A stretch of 64,000 nucleotides of DNA from NCBI GenBank assembly GCA_964387845.1, contig CAYLXA010000013.1:1-64000 (forward strand), read 5' to 3'. A program made the position numbers and the translations under genes. The DNA comes from an uncultured bacterium (GTDB lineage: Bacteria; Omnitrophota; Omnitrophia; Omnitrophales; Abzuiibacteriaceae). Below are positions 22,880 through 33,031 of this stretch, piece by piece; positions within the stretch are counted from its first letter, which is position 1; the number at the start of each line of letters is the position of its first letter. The notes beneath the pieces were generated by a model that saw nothing but the letters and a program-made list of their open reading frames with translations, was not told where the DNA came from and did not search any database.

Positions 22880-23749
22880 TTATTTAGCTTGCTGCGCTTT
22901 TGACCCGGATACAATTTCAATAAGTTCTTTTGTAATAGAAGCTTGCCTTGCTTTGTTGCGCTGCAAGGTAAGCGAATCGATCATTTCTTTGGCATTGTCG
23001 GTTGCTTGGCGCATGGCCATCATGCGCGAAAGCTGTTCGGACACCAACGCTTCTTTCAACGATTGTTCGACTTTTAATTCCAAAAAATGCGGAATCATGA
23101 CTTCCAAAATTCTTTCCGCTGCAGGCTCCAAGATGTAATCTTTGTCCGAATTTTTTTCGGATTTTTCAGACGGAATTTCCTGCAAAGGAAGCAGCTGTTC
23201 GACTTTTGGCTTATAAGACGACATCGAAATAAATTCCGTGTAAATCAGATATACTTGATCTACTTTTTTATTCAAAAATTCATTTTTCGCGGCATCTAAA
23301 ATTGCAGCCGCCGCTTTTTTGATTTCGGTCGGCCTCGGAATTCCGATTTCGCCCACAACATTGCGATTTTTACGCTTAAAATAACCAAGCCCCTGGCGGC
23401 CAATTGAGAAACAGGATACATTTTCTTTTCGGGAACCAAGAAAAGCCTCGGTTGTTTGAAGCAAATTGAAATTATAAGAGCCGCACAGCCCTGAATCCGA
23501 TGTCAGCAAAAAAACCAAGATATTCTCAGGTTCGCGCACATCAAAGAGCGGGTGATTAAACGACTTCACCTGCGTGCTGACTTTGCCCAAAATACGCCGC
23601 AGCTCACCGGCGTAAAGGCGCGTTTGCCCGAGGAGATCCTGATATTTCTTGAGCTTCGAAGCTGCCACCATTTCCATGGCTTTGGTGAGCTTTTTGGTGT
23701 TGTTGACACTTCGAATGCGCTGCTTAATCTGCCTTAAAGATTCAGCCAT
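22880..23749 (-). CDS. atpG: F1 ATP synthase gamma subunit
   Basis: 289 aa with conserved gamma N- and C-terminal helices (MAESLRQIKQRIRSV... and ...AQQAK). Confidence 0.9.
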   Translation of the reverse strand: MAESLRQIKQRIRSVNNTKKLTKAMEMVAASKLKKYQDLLGQTRLYAGELRRILGKVSTQVKSFNHPLFDVREPENILVFLLTSDSGLCGSYNFNLLQTTEAFLGSRKENVSCFSIGRQGLGYFKRKNRNVVGEIGIPRPTEIKKAAAAILDAAKNEFLNKKVDQVYLIYTEFISMSSYKPKVEQLLPLQEIPSEKSEKNSDKDYILEPAAERILEVMIPHFLELKVEQSLKEALVSEQLSRMMAMRQATDNAKEMIDSLTLQRNKARQASITKELIEIVSGSKAQQAK

Positions 23750-25255
23750 TTATTTTGCAAAATTCTGTTTGTGAGAAGTGATGGCTTGCGTGAGCTTTGA
23801 CTTCAACTCATCGTTCAGCACTTTCTCGGAATTAATTTTCATCGGAATGTCGGGATATTTTTGCTCGATAAATTCAACCAAACTGTTTACGAACGGCCCG
23901 ACCTTATCGATCGCTAGGTCATCCAAATGGCCTTCGGTGCCGGCAAAAATTGAAATAACCTGCCTGCTCAAAGGTTCCGGCGACAAAATATCCTGCTTTA
24001 AAATTTCAACCATCCGTTCGCCGTGCACGAGCTGCTGTTTGGTGGCTTTATCCAGGTCGGTCGAAAGCTGCGAAAATGCCGCAAGTTCGCGGTATTGCGC
24101 AAGACTCAAACGCAACATGCCGGCCACTTGTTTCATGGCTTTGGTTTGCGCGTTTCCGCCGACGCGTGAAACGGAAAGACCAACGTTAATCGCAGGACGA
24201 ATGCCGGAAAAAAAGAGGTCCGATTCCAGGTAAATCTGGCCGTCTGTAATCGAAATCACGTTTGTCGGAATATACGCCGAAACGTCACCAGCCTGTGTTT
24301 CGATAATTGGAAGCGCTGTGAGCGATCCGCCGCCCAACGATTGATGAACTTTTGATGCGCGCTCCAAAAGACGGGAGTGAAGATAAAAAACGTCTCCGGG
24401 ATACGCCTCGCGTCCGGGCGGGCGCTGCAGCAAGAGTGACAATTGGCGATATGCTTGCGCGTGTTTCGACAAATCGTCATAAATGCAAAGTGCGTGCTGC
24501 CCGCTGTACAAAAACTCTTCCGCCATAGCACAACCGCCGTAAGGCGCTAAATATTGCAACGGAGCAGGGTCTTCGGAAGCTGCGACAACGACTGTGGTGT
24601 ATTCCATCGCGCCGTATTTTTCGAGCGTGTTCACAATGCTCACAACACTCGACATTTTTTGGCCGATCGCGACATAAAAACAGAAAACGTTTTTACCTTT
24701 TTGATTAATGATGGTGTCGATCGCGATTGCAGTTTTTCCTGTCTGACGGTCACCGATGATGAGTTCGCGCTGGCCGCGTCCGATCGGAATCATGCCGTCG
24801 ATGGCCTTGATGCCCGTTTCGAGAGGTTCTTTCACAGGTTGGCGCTGAATAACGTTCGGCGGCATGAGTTCAATCGGCCGGAACTTATCCGTTACGATCG
24901 GCCCTTTGCCATCCAGGGGTTCTCCGAGAGGATTGACGACACGTCCCAAGAGGGCTTTGCCGGCCGGAACCTGTGCGATTTTGCCGGTCCGCTTAACCTG
25001 GCTGCCTTCTTTAATATTCTTGTCGGAACCCATAATCACGATACCGACGTTGTTCATTTCAAGGTTGAGAGCAAGGCCTTTCGTGCCGTCAGAAAACTCA
25101 ACAAGCTCAGAGGCCATGACGTCGTCAAGCCCGTAAGCGCGCGCAATGCCGTCGCCGACTTGAAGAACGTAACCCACCGAATCCATTTTGAGTTTGGATT
25201 CGAATTTCTCGATTTCTTTTTTAATTGCAAATGTGACTTCTTCTGGTTTTAACAT
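23750..25255 (-). CDS. atpA: F1 ATP synthase alpha subunit
   Basis: [19 protein letters not shown]-loop, 501 aa. Confidence 0.97.
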   Translation of the reverse strand: MLKPEEVTFAIKKEIEKFESKLKMDSVGYVLQVGDGIARAYGLDDVMASELVEFSDGTKGLALNLEMNNVGIVIMGSDKNIKEGSQVKRTGKIAQVPAGKALLGRVVNPLGEPLDGKGPIVTDKFRPIELMPPNVIQRQPVKEPLETGIKAIDGMIPIGRGQRELIIGDRQTGKTAIAIDTIINQKGKNVFCFYVAIGQKMSSVVSIVNTLEKYGAMEYTTVVVAASEDPAPLQYLAPYGGCAMAEEFLYSGQHALCIYDDLSKHAQAYRQLSLLLQRPPGREAYPGDVFYLHSRLLERASKVHQSLGGGSLTALPIIETQAGDVSAYIPTNVISITDGQIYLESDLFFSGIRPAINVGLSVSRVGGNAQTKAMKQVAGMLRLSLAQYRELAAFSQLSTDLDKATKQQLVHGERMVEILKQDILSPEPLSRQVISIFAGTEGHLDDLAIDKVGPFVNSLVEFIEQKYPDIPMKINSEKVLNDELKSKLTQAITSHKQNFAK

Positions 25256-25270
25256 GACTTCTTTCCCGGG

Positions 25271-25816
25271 TTATGAATTTGATCCGATCATTTGTTGCTT
25301 TAATGAATCCAATTTAGCTCTGACAGAACCGTCAAACAACCGGTGACGGATTTGGACGTTGATGCCTCCCAAAATCGAAGGGTCTACCTTGATCTTCGAA
25401 ATTATTTTCTCGCCTATTTTCTTTTCTAAAATTTTTTCAAGCTGGCTTTTTAAATTTTCGCTTAAAGGTCTGGCAGTCGTAATTAAAACTTCTTCGAAAT
25501 GATTGCTCGCGTTTAAAAGCTCGTGATAACACTCTAAGATTTGATTTAAAATTTCAAACCGGCCCTTTTCCAAAAGGAGCGAGATGAATTCAATCGTGAG
25601 CGCGCTTAGTTTGCCGTGATTTGTTTTAGCAAGAAGCGATTTTTTTTCTTCAAACGAAATAATTGGATTTTTGAAGAATTGCGCAAATTGCTTATTGTTC
25701 TCGATGGCTCCCAGGAAGGCTTTCAGCTCTCCCTCAATCTTCAGCTCGGATTTGGATTGAGCTGCCAATTCAAACAACGCTTTGGCGTATCGGGAGGCAA
25801 GTGCGCGGTCTTTCAT
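25271..25816 (-). CDS. atpH: F1 ATP synthase delta subunit
   Basis: 181 aa in the OSCP/delta position between atpF and atpA. Confidence 0.8.
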   Translation of the reverse strand: MKDRALASRYAKALFELAAQSKSELKIEGELKAFLGAIENNKQFAQFFKNPIISFEEKKSLLAKTNHGKLSALTIEFISLLLEKGRFEILNQILECYHELLNASNHFEEVLITTARPLSENLKSQLEKILEKKIGEKIISKIKVDPSILGGINVQIRHRLFDGSVRAKLDSLKQQMIGSNS

Positions 25817-26331
25817 GACTCTACCAGCGGCCCTTTGGTTTCATCGAGTTCCTTGATGAAATCGATAATAAGCTGCTCATCCTTTTTGTCGGTGAGCTTG
25901 TCTTTAACGATCCGTTCAGTCGCGGAAAATGCAAGTCCCGCGATTTCCCGGCGCAAAGAAACATGCGCCTTGGCGGTTTCAAGCCGGATATCTTCCTTGG
26001 ATTTTTCAAGGATTTCCTTGGCTTGATTGCGCGCTTCATCCTGAAGCTGGCGCGATAGTTTTTTGCCTTCCTGGATTACTTGCTCCATTTTGGCGCGCGC
26101 TTCTTCTTCGATGTGGCGCAATTTGTCGTCGTAATCCGACTTCAATTTGGCCAGCTCTGCCTTGGTGGCATCAATTTCGCGAAATCCACCCTCAATTTTC
26201 TGTCTTCTGCCTTCGAGCATTGCCAAAACCGGTTTCCAGACTTTGGCTTTGAGAAACAGAAAAATGATGATGAATGCAAGAAGCTGAACAAAAACTTCTC
26301 TTAATTGAATATTCGCTGCGAAAAATTCCAT
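25813..26331 (-). CDS. atpF: Fo ATP synthase subunit b
   Basis: Single N-terminal TM helix followed by a long charged helix, 172 aa. Confidence 0.8.
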   Translation of the reverse strand: MEFFAANIQLREVFVQLLAFIIIFLFLKAKVWKPVLAMLEGRRQKIEGGFREIDATKAELAKLKSDYDDKLRHIEEEARAKMEQVIQEGKKLSRQLQDEARNQAKEILEKSKEDIRLETAKAHVSLRREIAGLAFSATERIVKDKLTDKKDEQLIIDFIKELDETKGPLVES

Positions 26332-26349
26332 GTCAAAGTTTCCGGCAGC

Positions 26350-26580
26350 TTAGATTTTTCCCATCAATGAAAAGCCAAACACGAGCGCATAAAGCGTCAA
26401 AGCTTCGATGAGTGCGCAGCCGGCCATCATGTTAACGAGAATCTTCGTAGAAGCTTCAGGCTGGCGTGCGGTCGCATCCATGGCGGCGGCAACGGCTTTT
26501 CCGAGCGCGAAAGCGGAAGCGAGCGCGGTAACGGCAAGCCCGAGGGGAAGTGCAAATGATAATGCAACTTGAGGTGTCAT
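26350..26580 (-). CDS. atpE: Fo ATP synthase subunit c
   Basis: 76-aa two-helix hairpin with the carboxylate Glu in CALIEALTLYAL. Confidence 0.85.
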   Translation of the reverse strand: MTPQVALSFALPLGLAVTALASAFALGKAVAAAMDATARQPEASTKILVNMMAGCALIEALTLYALVFGFSLMGKI

Positions 26581-26604
26581 GATTTTTATTCTCCTTTATT
26601 TTGG

Positions 26605-27465
26605 TTAATGAGCGTGCGCCGCTTCGGCAGCATGCCCGTGGTGATGATCTTCATGAGGTAAAACAAGTGAAATATACACCGTTGAAAGCAGCATAAACAC
26701 AAACGCCTGCACCATGCTGAACGCAATCGCAAGCACGTTGGCGAATATTTGCAGCAGGAACGGTATTCCCTTAAATAAAACGTTTAACTCCGCAAATTTA
26801 AAAAGCAGTTTGTCTTCGCTGGAAACGTTTGCAAATAAACGAAGCGACAAACTCAGGGGCACGGCAACAAACTCGACTGAAAGATTAATAACGAGCATGA
26901 GCGGAATTAAAATGTAGCCAAACAAATTAGAAGGATTTCCGGCCACATGCTTCAAATAATGCACCGGGCCTTGTGCGCGGATTCCGGTCCATTGAACGTA
27001 AGCGGTTGTGAATATTGCAAGCGCCGCGGTAGTTCCCCAAACCGCCGTTGAAGATTTCATCAGAGGCACTAAACCGCTCCAGTTCATGAGAAGAATGTAA
27101 ATAAAAACGGTCCCTAAAAAAGGCACATGCTCGCGGCCCCGGTCTCCGAGAATTCCGGTGACGAAGGTTTCGATGCCTTCAACGAATAATTCCACAAAAT
27201 TTTGGATGCCTTTCGGGATGAAGCTTGCTTTTCGGACTGCCGCAACGCCGACGAAAATAATCAATGCCGCCGCTGTCATCGAGAAAATAACGTTTTCCCA
27301 GCGGTGCAGGAAATGAACGATTTCAGAATCCGGGAAAGTGTTGTTGAGTACGGTAATTAGATTGGCAAGCTCATGATGCGCTTCACCGTGATGGGCGCCG
27401 GCCGCTGCGTGATGAACGGCTTCGGCTGCATGTTCGGCGTGACTTGCGACTTCGTGTTCCGTCAT
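26605..27465 (-). CDS. atpB: Fo ATP synthase subunit a with His-rich N- and C-terminal tails
   Basis: Conserved LSLRLFANV (essential Arg) and 5 TM helices. N-terminal HAEHAAEAVHHAAAGAHHGEAHHE and C-terminal HEDHHHGHAAEAAHAH. Confidence 0.85.
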   Translation of the reverse strand: MTEHEVASHAEHAAEAVHHAAAGAHHGEAHHELANLITVLNNTFPDSEIVHFLHRWENVIFSMTAAALIIFVGVAAVRKASFIPKGIQNFVELFVEGIETFVTGILGDRGREHVPFLGTVFIYILLMNWSGLVPLMKSSTAVWGTTAALAIFTTAYVQWTGIRAQGPVHYLKHVAGNPSNLFGYILIPLMLVINLSVEFVAVPLSLSLRLFANVSSEDKLLFKFAELNVLFKGIPFLLQIFANVLAIAFSMVQAFVFMLLSTVYISLVLPHEDHHHGHAAEAAHAH

Positions 27466-27905
27466 TTCGAATTCAGATTTTGCTTCAGTTGATGAATTAA
27501 TTTATATGATTGAAAACCGGATCCAACGAGGCCTAAAACCATCAAAATCGGTGTTGTTGGCTTAGGCAGTCCCATATATTTGACAAGCCAAAATTCGCCA
27601 AGCAAATATCCGGCCAAAGGACCGCTTAAAAGAATCATGGGGAGCGTTATCGCTAACCCCAACATCCACAATAACTTATAAGTATCTTTACTGTTAGTCA
27701 AAGGAGCCTTCAAGAAGGTTTTCAGACCGTCATGAAAGAAGGGTATTATAGTGAAAAAATCAGATAAAAGGAAGTAAAAAAGGAAAAAAGCGCTGATTTT
27801 TAAAACGTTTCCGGAGCGCCCGGCATTAAATGAAATTGGGCGTACAAAATAGTCATCGCAACGATGATTGTGATAGTTGATACGACAACACCCGGTTTTA
27901 TCCAA
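27462..27905 (-). CDS. AtpI/AtpZ-like small membrane protein preceding atpB (start uncertain)
   Basis: 3-4 TM helices directly upstream of atpB. The full ORF overlaps the upstream transporter gene by 106 nt, so the true start is probably internal. Confidence 0.45.
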   Translation of the reverse strand: MDKTGCCRINYHNHRCDDYFVRPISFNAGRSGNVLKISAFFLFYFLLSDFFTIIPFFHDGLKTFLKAPLTNSKDTYKLLWMLGLAITLPMILLSGPLAGYLLGEFWLVKYMGLPKPTTPILMVLGLVGSGFQSYKLIHQLKQNLNSK

Positions 27906-29206
27906 TCCATAAATTTAATACTTTGCCCGGTTTCTTTTTCAAGCATACCCATGGCCACAATGTTTGCCGTACTGCCGACCACCGTGAGGTTTCCGTACAT
28001 GGTGCCGCCGAACAGCATGGCCCACCAAAACGGAAAGATGTAAACGCCGATTTTTTCGATATCCGCCAGGATCGGGATAAATGTGGCAACCGCCAATACG
28101 TTATCCATAAATCCGGTCAATAAACAAATTGCAGCCGTAAAAATGTTAAGCAAAAACGTATGGCCGCCGCCGGCGACGCTGATCATGCCTTGCGCGATTT
28201 GTTCGGTAACGCCTACGTATTTTAAAGTTCCGACGGATGAGAAAAGCGCCAAAAAGAAGGTGAGTGTCCACCAATCTACGCGGCGCATAAAGAATTCACG
28301 CGCTTCTCCTGCTTTTAAGAAAATAGAAACGGCGCCAAAAAAGAGAGCGGTCCCAAGCAGCATCGAATTTTTTTCAAGATGGAGCAATTCCTCAATCGTG
28401 TGATGCAGCACAAGGCAGATGACGGTGCTCAAAAACAGGATCCAGCACTTCTGAATCCCTGCATTTGTGTAATGCACATGCTTTAATTCGTTCATTTCGC
28501 CGCGCTGTTTCTTCATGGCATCCTGGAGCTTTTGGATGTCCTTCTTAAAAATGAAGAGGGATAGTCCGATGGTGATCGTTAAAGTCACGACGGAAATAGG
28601 CGCTGCCCAGCGGAGAAAATCGGCAAACGTAAGGCCGGATCTCATCGCAATCATGACGCCGATCGGGTTGCCGACCGGAGTTGCGCTGGAGCCGATATTG
28701 GTTGCAAACACAATCATCAAAAGAAAGGGAATTGGGTTCACTTTATAGCGCTTGGTGATGTGAAACATGGTGGACATCATGAAAAGGATGGAAGTGACCT
28801 CATCCACCAGCGCGGCTGACGAAGCGCCTAAGACCATTAAAACCGCCATCATTAGGAATGCTTTTTCGCCGATCCGGTCCACGACTTTCGCAACAACGTA
28901 CTCAAAAAAGTGGTTTTCTTCCAAATAACCGATGATTGTCATCATGCCAACTAAAAACAGAATGATGTCTAATCCGGCAAATTCGATGATGTGCGGAGTA
29001 TCGAGGAGATTGGTGGCCAAAAGGATTGCAATTCCGGAAAATGCGAACGCAAGCCTGAACTTCCAGTAGAAAAGTGTACCGAGCAGGATTAATAAGAAAA
29101 TCAGCGTGGCGATGATTTGCTTTTGGGAAAAAGCAAAATGAGAGAGCGCCAAAGCGGTTCCGATTAAAATTCCGAGTATGATTAAAGGTGTTTTAAGCTT
29201 TTCCAT
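27800..29206 (-). CDS. ion transporter superfamily permease (ArsB/NhaD/citrate-transporter-like)
   Basis: 468 aa, about 12 TM helices, two-repeat architecture typical of the IT superfamily. Confidence 0.65.
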   Translation of the reverse strand: MEKLKTPLIILGILIGTALALSHFAFSQKQIIATLIFLLILLGTLFYWKFRLAFAFSGIAILLATNLLDTPHIIEFAGLDIILFLVGMMTIIGYLEENHFFEYVVAKVVDRIGEKAFLMMAVLMVLGASSAALVDEVTSILFMMSTMFHITKRYKVNPIPFLLMIVFATNIGSSATPVGNPIGVMIAMRSGLTFADFLRWAAPISVVTLTITIGLSLFIFKKDIQKLQDAMKKQRGEMNELKHVHYTNAGIQKCWILFLSTVICLVLHHTIEELLHLEKNSMLLGTALFFGAVSIFLKAGEAREFFMRRVDWWTLTFFLALFSSVGTLKYVGVTEQIAQGMISVAGGGHTFLLNIFTAAICLLTGFMDNVLAVATFIPILADIEKIGVYIFPFWWAMLFGGTMYGNLTVVGSTANIVAMGMLEKETGQSIKFMDWIKPGVVVSTITIIVAMTILYAQFHLMPGAPETF

Positions 29207-29300
29207 TTTTTATGCCCAAATTCAGAAAGTTAGATTATTACGCGAAAGCAATAAAACGTATCATACGAAAAACTTCTGGGAATGTGAAGAGCTAATTCTC

Positions 29301-31103
29301 TCAGGCCTGCGCGGATTTCGGGCGCAAGCAAATCAATTCGCTGCCGGCCGGCAGATTGTTATGCGGAATGAGCAACTGAATTCCGTCCGCAGACCATGCA
29401 AAAACAGGACAGTCCGGATTCAGCTTCGTCATTAAATCCTGTGTGATTTTCTGAGAGGATTCTACTTTTTTAACGTAAAGTTCATACTCCCCGCTTTGAA
29501 GCAGCCGATCCAAACTGAATTGAGTCGGCGCCCCTACCAAAAAGGGTTTTCCCCAAGATGAATCATAATTTTCAGAGGTAACGGCCTGCCAGGAGTCGGT
29601 TTTATCCCAAAGCCTGAAGACGGAATTTCGGTCTAAATATTTTGTAAACGTTTGGCAGCAGAGAACATTGACTTCATGGTTGGTCGTAACCGCAATCATT
29701 TTACCGATGCCTTTTAAGTCAAGAGACTCAAGAAAATCAATATCAAAGCCGCTGCCCTGATAGATTTCAAGATTTTCGGATCGGGCGCGCTCACAATTAA
29801 TGAAGCTGACGTCGATCATCTTGACGTTTACTTTTCGATTTTTGATTTCCCGCGCTAAAAGCAAGCCGGCAGCGGTAGCGCCGACAATCACAATTCCGTT
29901 TCGTTTGCCTTCTTTCAGGCCGAGAATATGCGCAATTAAAATAGAAATAATCGCATAAAAAATAATAGTTCCGGAAATCACAACAAAAGTCAGCGGAAGG
30001 AAATAACCTGTGCCGCTCAGCTCCCTGTGCTCAAATTCGATGGCAAAAAGGGAAGCCAGCGACGCGGAAACAATTCCGCGGGGCGCCATAAAGGACAGGA
30101 ACGTTTTTTCGCGCCAGTTTAAAGATTTGTCGGTGGCTGTGCTGATTAAAACAGAGGCCGGGCGAATTAAAAAGATTACAATCGCCGTCAACCAAAGCCC
30201 TTCCTGAAAAATATGCTTGGCTTCCCGGACGGGAACGTTGCTGGCAAGCAGCACGAAGAGAATGGATAAAGCAAACAAAACAACCTGATCTTTGAAATGG
30301 TCAATCTGGTCTTTTAGCGGAACTTTGGCTTGTCCAAAATAAATACCCGCAACCGTTACCGTCACGAGCCCGGATTCTGTCAGCATGAATTCCGAAAATC
30401 CATACGAGAGCAAAACCATCGAAAGCACAAACAAGCCGCCCAACTCTTCACCCTCGGCCCTCAGAAGCCACCGGTTTGTGAGGCCGTTGACCATGACAAA
30501 CCCTGTGATCCAGCCAAGAATCATGCCGAGCGTCAGACGGCCTCCGAGCGCAGCCAGAGAATGCCATATGGTCCCATGCTGCAGGACAAAGAACTCAAAG
30601 AGCACGACCGCGACGATGACACCAAGCGGGTCTATTAATATCGCTTCCCATTTTAGAATGTTGTGGATTTTCTCCTGTAATCTCAACCTCCGCAGGATGG
30701 GAATCACAACCGTGGGTCCTGTGACGACCATAATCGCGCCGAAAAGGACGGATTTATCCCACGACAAATGAGCGATGTAATGAGCGCCGGCGGCTGCGCC
30801 GACGAGTGTCACGAGCGCGCCAACAGTCAGCAGGTTCCGCAGAGTTTTCGAAATTTCTCGGAATTGCGAAATCTTCAGGGAAGAACCGCCTTCAAAAAGA
30901 ATCAAACCGACCAAGAGCGCAACATAGTCCGGAAAATTAGACTTAAAAACTTGTGGCTGGACCAAATTGGCAAATTCGGGCCCGAGGAGGATACCGAACA
31001 TGAGAAAGAAAAGAATGCTCGGGATCCGCATTTTGGAAGCCAAAATGAGCGACAAAATACCGCCGGCAACCGTGAAAATCAGGGTGGTTAAAGGCTGGAT
31101 CAT
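29301..31103 (-). CDS. monovalent cation:proton antiporter (CPA family) with a C-terminal RCK/TrkA-N domain
   Basis: Na+/H+ exchanger-type membrane domain plus a Rossmann GxGxxG motif (IVIVGATAAGLLLAREIKNRKVNVKMID). Confidence 0.8.
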   Translation of the reverse strand: MIQPLTTLIFTVAGGILSLILASKMRIPSILFFLMFGILLGPEFANLVQPQVFKSNFPDYVALLVGLILFEGGSSLKISQFREISKTLRNLLTVGALVTLVGAAAGAHYIAHLSWDKSVLFGAIMVVTGPTVVIPILRRLRLQEKIHNILKWEAILIDPLGVIVAVVLFEFFVLQHGTIWHSLAALGGRLTLGMILGWITGFVMVNGLTNRWLLRAEGEELGGLFVLSMVLLSYGFSEFMLTESGLVTVTVAGIYFGQAKVPLKDQIDHFKDQVVLFALSILFVLLASNVPVREAKHIFQEGLWLTAIVIFLIRPASVLISTATDKSLNWREKTFLSFMAPRGIVSASLASLFAIEFEHRELSGTGYFLPLTFVVISGTIIFYAIISILIAHILGLKEGKRNGIVIVGATAAGLLLAREIKNRKVNVKMIDVSFINCERARSENLEIYQGSGFDIDFLESLDLKGIGKMIAVTTNHEVNVLCCQTFTKYLDRNSVFRLWDKTDSWQAVTSENYDSSWGKPFLVGAPTQFSLDRLLQSGEYELYVKKVESSQKITQDLMTKLNPDCPVFAWSADGIQLLIPHNNLPAGSELICLRPKSAQA

Positions 31104-31109
31104 ATGGCC

Positions 31110-32330
31110 TTAAAGATGAATCAGGTCGCCTTCGTGAAAGAGGGAAAGGAATAGGAGTAAGTAATCACGGACGTGGCGAGTCAGAAGAAAATTCTGGCGG
31201 ACATGTTCACGGCCGTTTTCGCCTAATTTCTTGGCGTAATCCGGGTTCTGCAAAAGCTGCTTGATTGCATAAGCCGCACCTTCGATACTGTGGCACAGAA
31301 GTCCGGAATATTTGTGTGTGATTTGAAGCGTAATGCCGCCTACTGCCGATGCAACCATCGGGCAGCCCTTCCATAAAGCTTCCGAAATAGTCAGCCCGAA
31401 ACCTTCTTTCAAAGACTTTTGAAGCACCACGGCAGATGCGCGTTGAAGCGCATTAATTTCAAAATCGCTGCCCGAAGGAATTGCAAGAACGTGAATGTCA
31501 GGATTGTCCGCCGCCTTCTCACGGACTTTGGCGAGGACTTCCATGCCTTCCGGGTCGTCGGTGGCTTCGCCGCCCGCGAGAATCAATTGGCAATCCACAT
31601 TCCGTCGGACCATTTCGAATGCTTCGATGACGCCAACCGGGTCTTTGAGATAATCAAACCTGGAAATTTGTGTCACCATCGGTTTTTCAGGATCCAAATT
31701 GAACCGGCTCAAAACACCGTCAATCTCGTGCTGAGTAAGATCTCTATTTTTCTCACTCAGCGGATCAATGGATGGCGCGATTAAGAATTGATGAATCGGT
31801 AATTCCTGGCTGAAAGACGGCGCCGAAAATACGGAAGCATCGTATTGATTCACAAAAGGCCTTAAAAAATTCCAAACTTGCGGATCCGGATTTGAAACAT
31901 CAATATGACAGCGCCAAACCCACTTTCCTTTACGGTCCTTTTTTTGATTAATGAGCGTGATCGGCTGCGGGTCATGAATAAACAAAACATCGCTGTCCAT
32001 CGGCATGTTTTTGTTATTCATTTCGCCGGTTTCAAGAAATACGTCAAAGTCTTCTTTTGTAAAATCTTGCTCTTTTCCGTGAAGCGCGTTGTGGAATTTT
32101 TTGGTGACCTTGTAAAATTTCTCTCCGCCTTTAATCACGTCCCACTTTGCATTAATGCCCAATTCATGAAGCAGGGGAATCATACGGTTTAAAATTTCGG
32201 CAACGCCGCCGCCCACAGCCGTCGAGTTGACATTCTGCACCGTCATGCCCTTTGCTTTTTCGGCAATGACGCGAAGCTCTTCTAATGTTTCAGATCCTAC
32301 AATTGGTTCGTAGTCTTTCAAATTCGGCAT
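31110..32330 (-). CDS. GT4-family glycosyltransferase (possibly a TreT-like or compatible-solute synthase)
   Basis: C-terminal GT-B motif EGFGLTISEALWKGCPMVASAVGGI. Lies upstream of otsB/otsA. Confidence 0.65.
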   Translation of the reverse strand: MPNLKDYEPIVGSETLEELRVIAEKAKGMTVQNVNSTAVGGGVAEILNRMIPLLHELGINAKWDVIKGGEKFYKVTKKFHNALHGKEQDFTKEDFDVFLETGEMNNKNMPMDSDVLFIHDPQPITLINQKKDRKGKWVWRCHIDVSNPDPQVWNFLRPFVNQYDASVFSAPSFSQELPIHQFLIAPSIDPLSEKNRDLTQHEIDGVLSRFNLDPEKPMVTQISRFDYLKDPVGVIEAFEMVRRNVDCQLILAGGEATDDPEGMEVLAKVREKAADNPDIHVLAIPSGSDFEINALQRASAVVLQKSLKEGFGLTISEALWKGCPMVASAVGGITLQITHKYSGLLCHSIEGAAYAIKQLLQNPDYAKKLGENGREHVRQNFLLTRHVRDYLLLFLSLFHEGDLIHL

Positions 32331-32332
32331 CG

Positions 32333-33031
32333 TTATTTGTCCTTTGAATGAGCGGCTGATTTTTGCATGCTTTTCTCTATCAAATGAATAATTTTATCTC
32401 TTAAACGCTCAACCGTGTAAGTGTAAGGATCAAGTTTCGCGATTTTTTTGGCGAGCTCTTTTTCTCCGAGCGAAGTATCAAGCCAATACGAGAAATCGTT
32501 GACTCCTTTTTCCAAGCGAAGACGCGCTTCAAACATATGGAAATAAATAGAATGCACGGTCACTTTTCTTAGAAGCACCGTGAATTCTTCAAGTGAATTG
32601 GCGGTATAAGGCGTTTGAAGAATAAAGCTGACGGATTTAATAAAGTGAAAATCGCGGCCTTCCGGAACATCGTTTAATCGCCTCTTTGATTTTGACAGAT
32701 AAGTTTCGATGGTGGCGATGATTTTTTCCCGCAGCTCTCGAATGGTGTGGTATTCGATGGTGTTAATGCTGGCCAATTTTTCACCCAGCTCTTTGTCGTT
32801 TAAAACCTCGCTGACCCAATAAGCAAAATCATTCGGCGGTTCCGGGTTTAAAAACTGATGCTGTTTCAGAAAATGATGTGTGTGATGGTAAATCACCGAT
32901 CCAGGGACGGCCTTGATGTGTTCGAGGAGTTGAACGAGATTTTTTGCTTTCAAACCCGTCAATTCCGGCAGGTGAACACGCGTATAAAAAGAAAACGGCG
33001 CAAGTGCTTTATGCATTTCTGATTCTGACAT
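32333..33031 (-). CDS. hypothetical protein with an internal tandem duplication
   Basis: Two ~90-aa halves share NDF(A/S)YW...LG(E)KEL(G/A)KK(L/I)A...YT(I/V)(R/E)(E/R)LR(E/D)KII..IE. Confidence 0.55.
   Translation of the reverse strand: MSESEMHKALAPFSFYTRVHLPELTGLKAKNLVQLLEHIKAVPGSVIYHHTHHFLKQHQFLNPEPPNDFAYWVSEVLNDKELGEKLASINTIEYHTIRELREKIIATIETYLSKSKRRLNDVPEGRDFHFIKSVSFILQTPYTANSLEEFTVLLRKVTVHSIYFHMFEARLRLEKGVNDFSYWLDTSLGEKELAKKIAKLDPYTYTVERLRDKIIHLIEKSMQKSAAHSKDK

Noticed and set aside
24554-25252. 232-aa plus-strand ORF antisense to atpA; likewise 37483..38220 (antisense to nuoM2), 39486..40013 (antisense to nuoL2) and 18691..19035 (antisense to nuoL1)
   Set aside because: These are shadow ORFs inside strongly conserved minus-strand genes. 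They have low-complexity, R/K/H-rich translations, no RBS and no recognisable domains.
29178-29435. 85-aa plus-strand ORF spanning the permease/antiporter intergenic region
   Set aside because: It overlaps two minus-strand genes, has no RBS and has an arbitrary composition.
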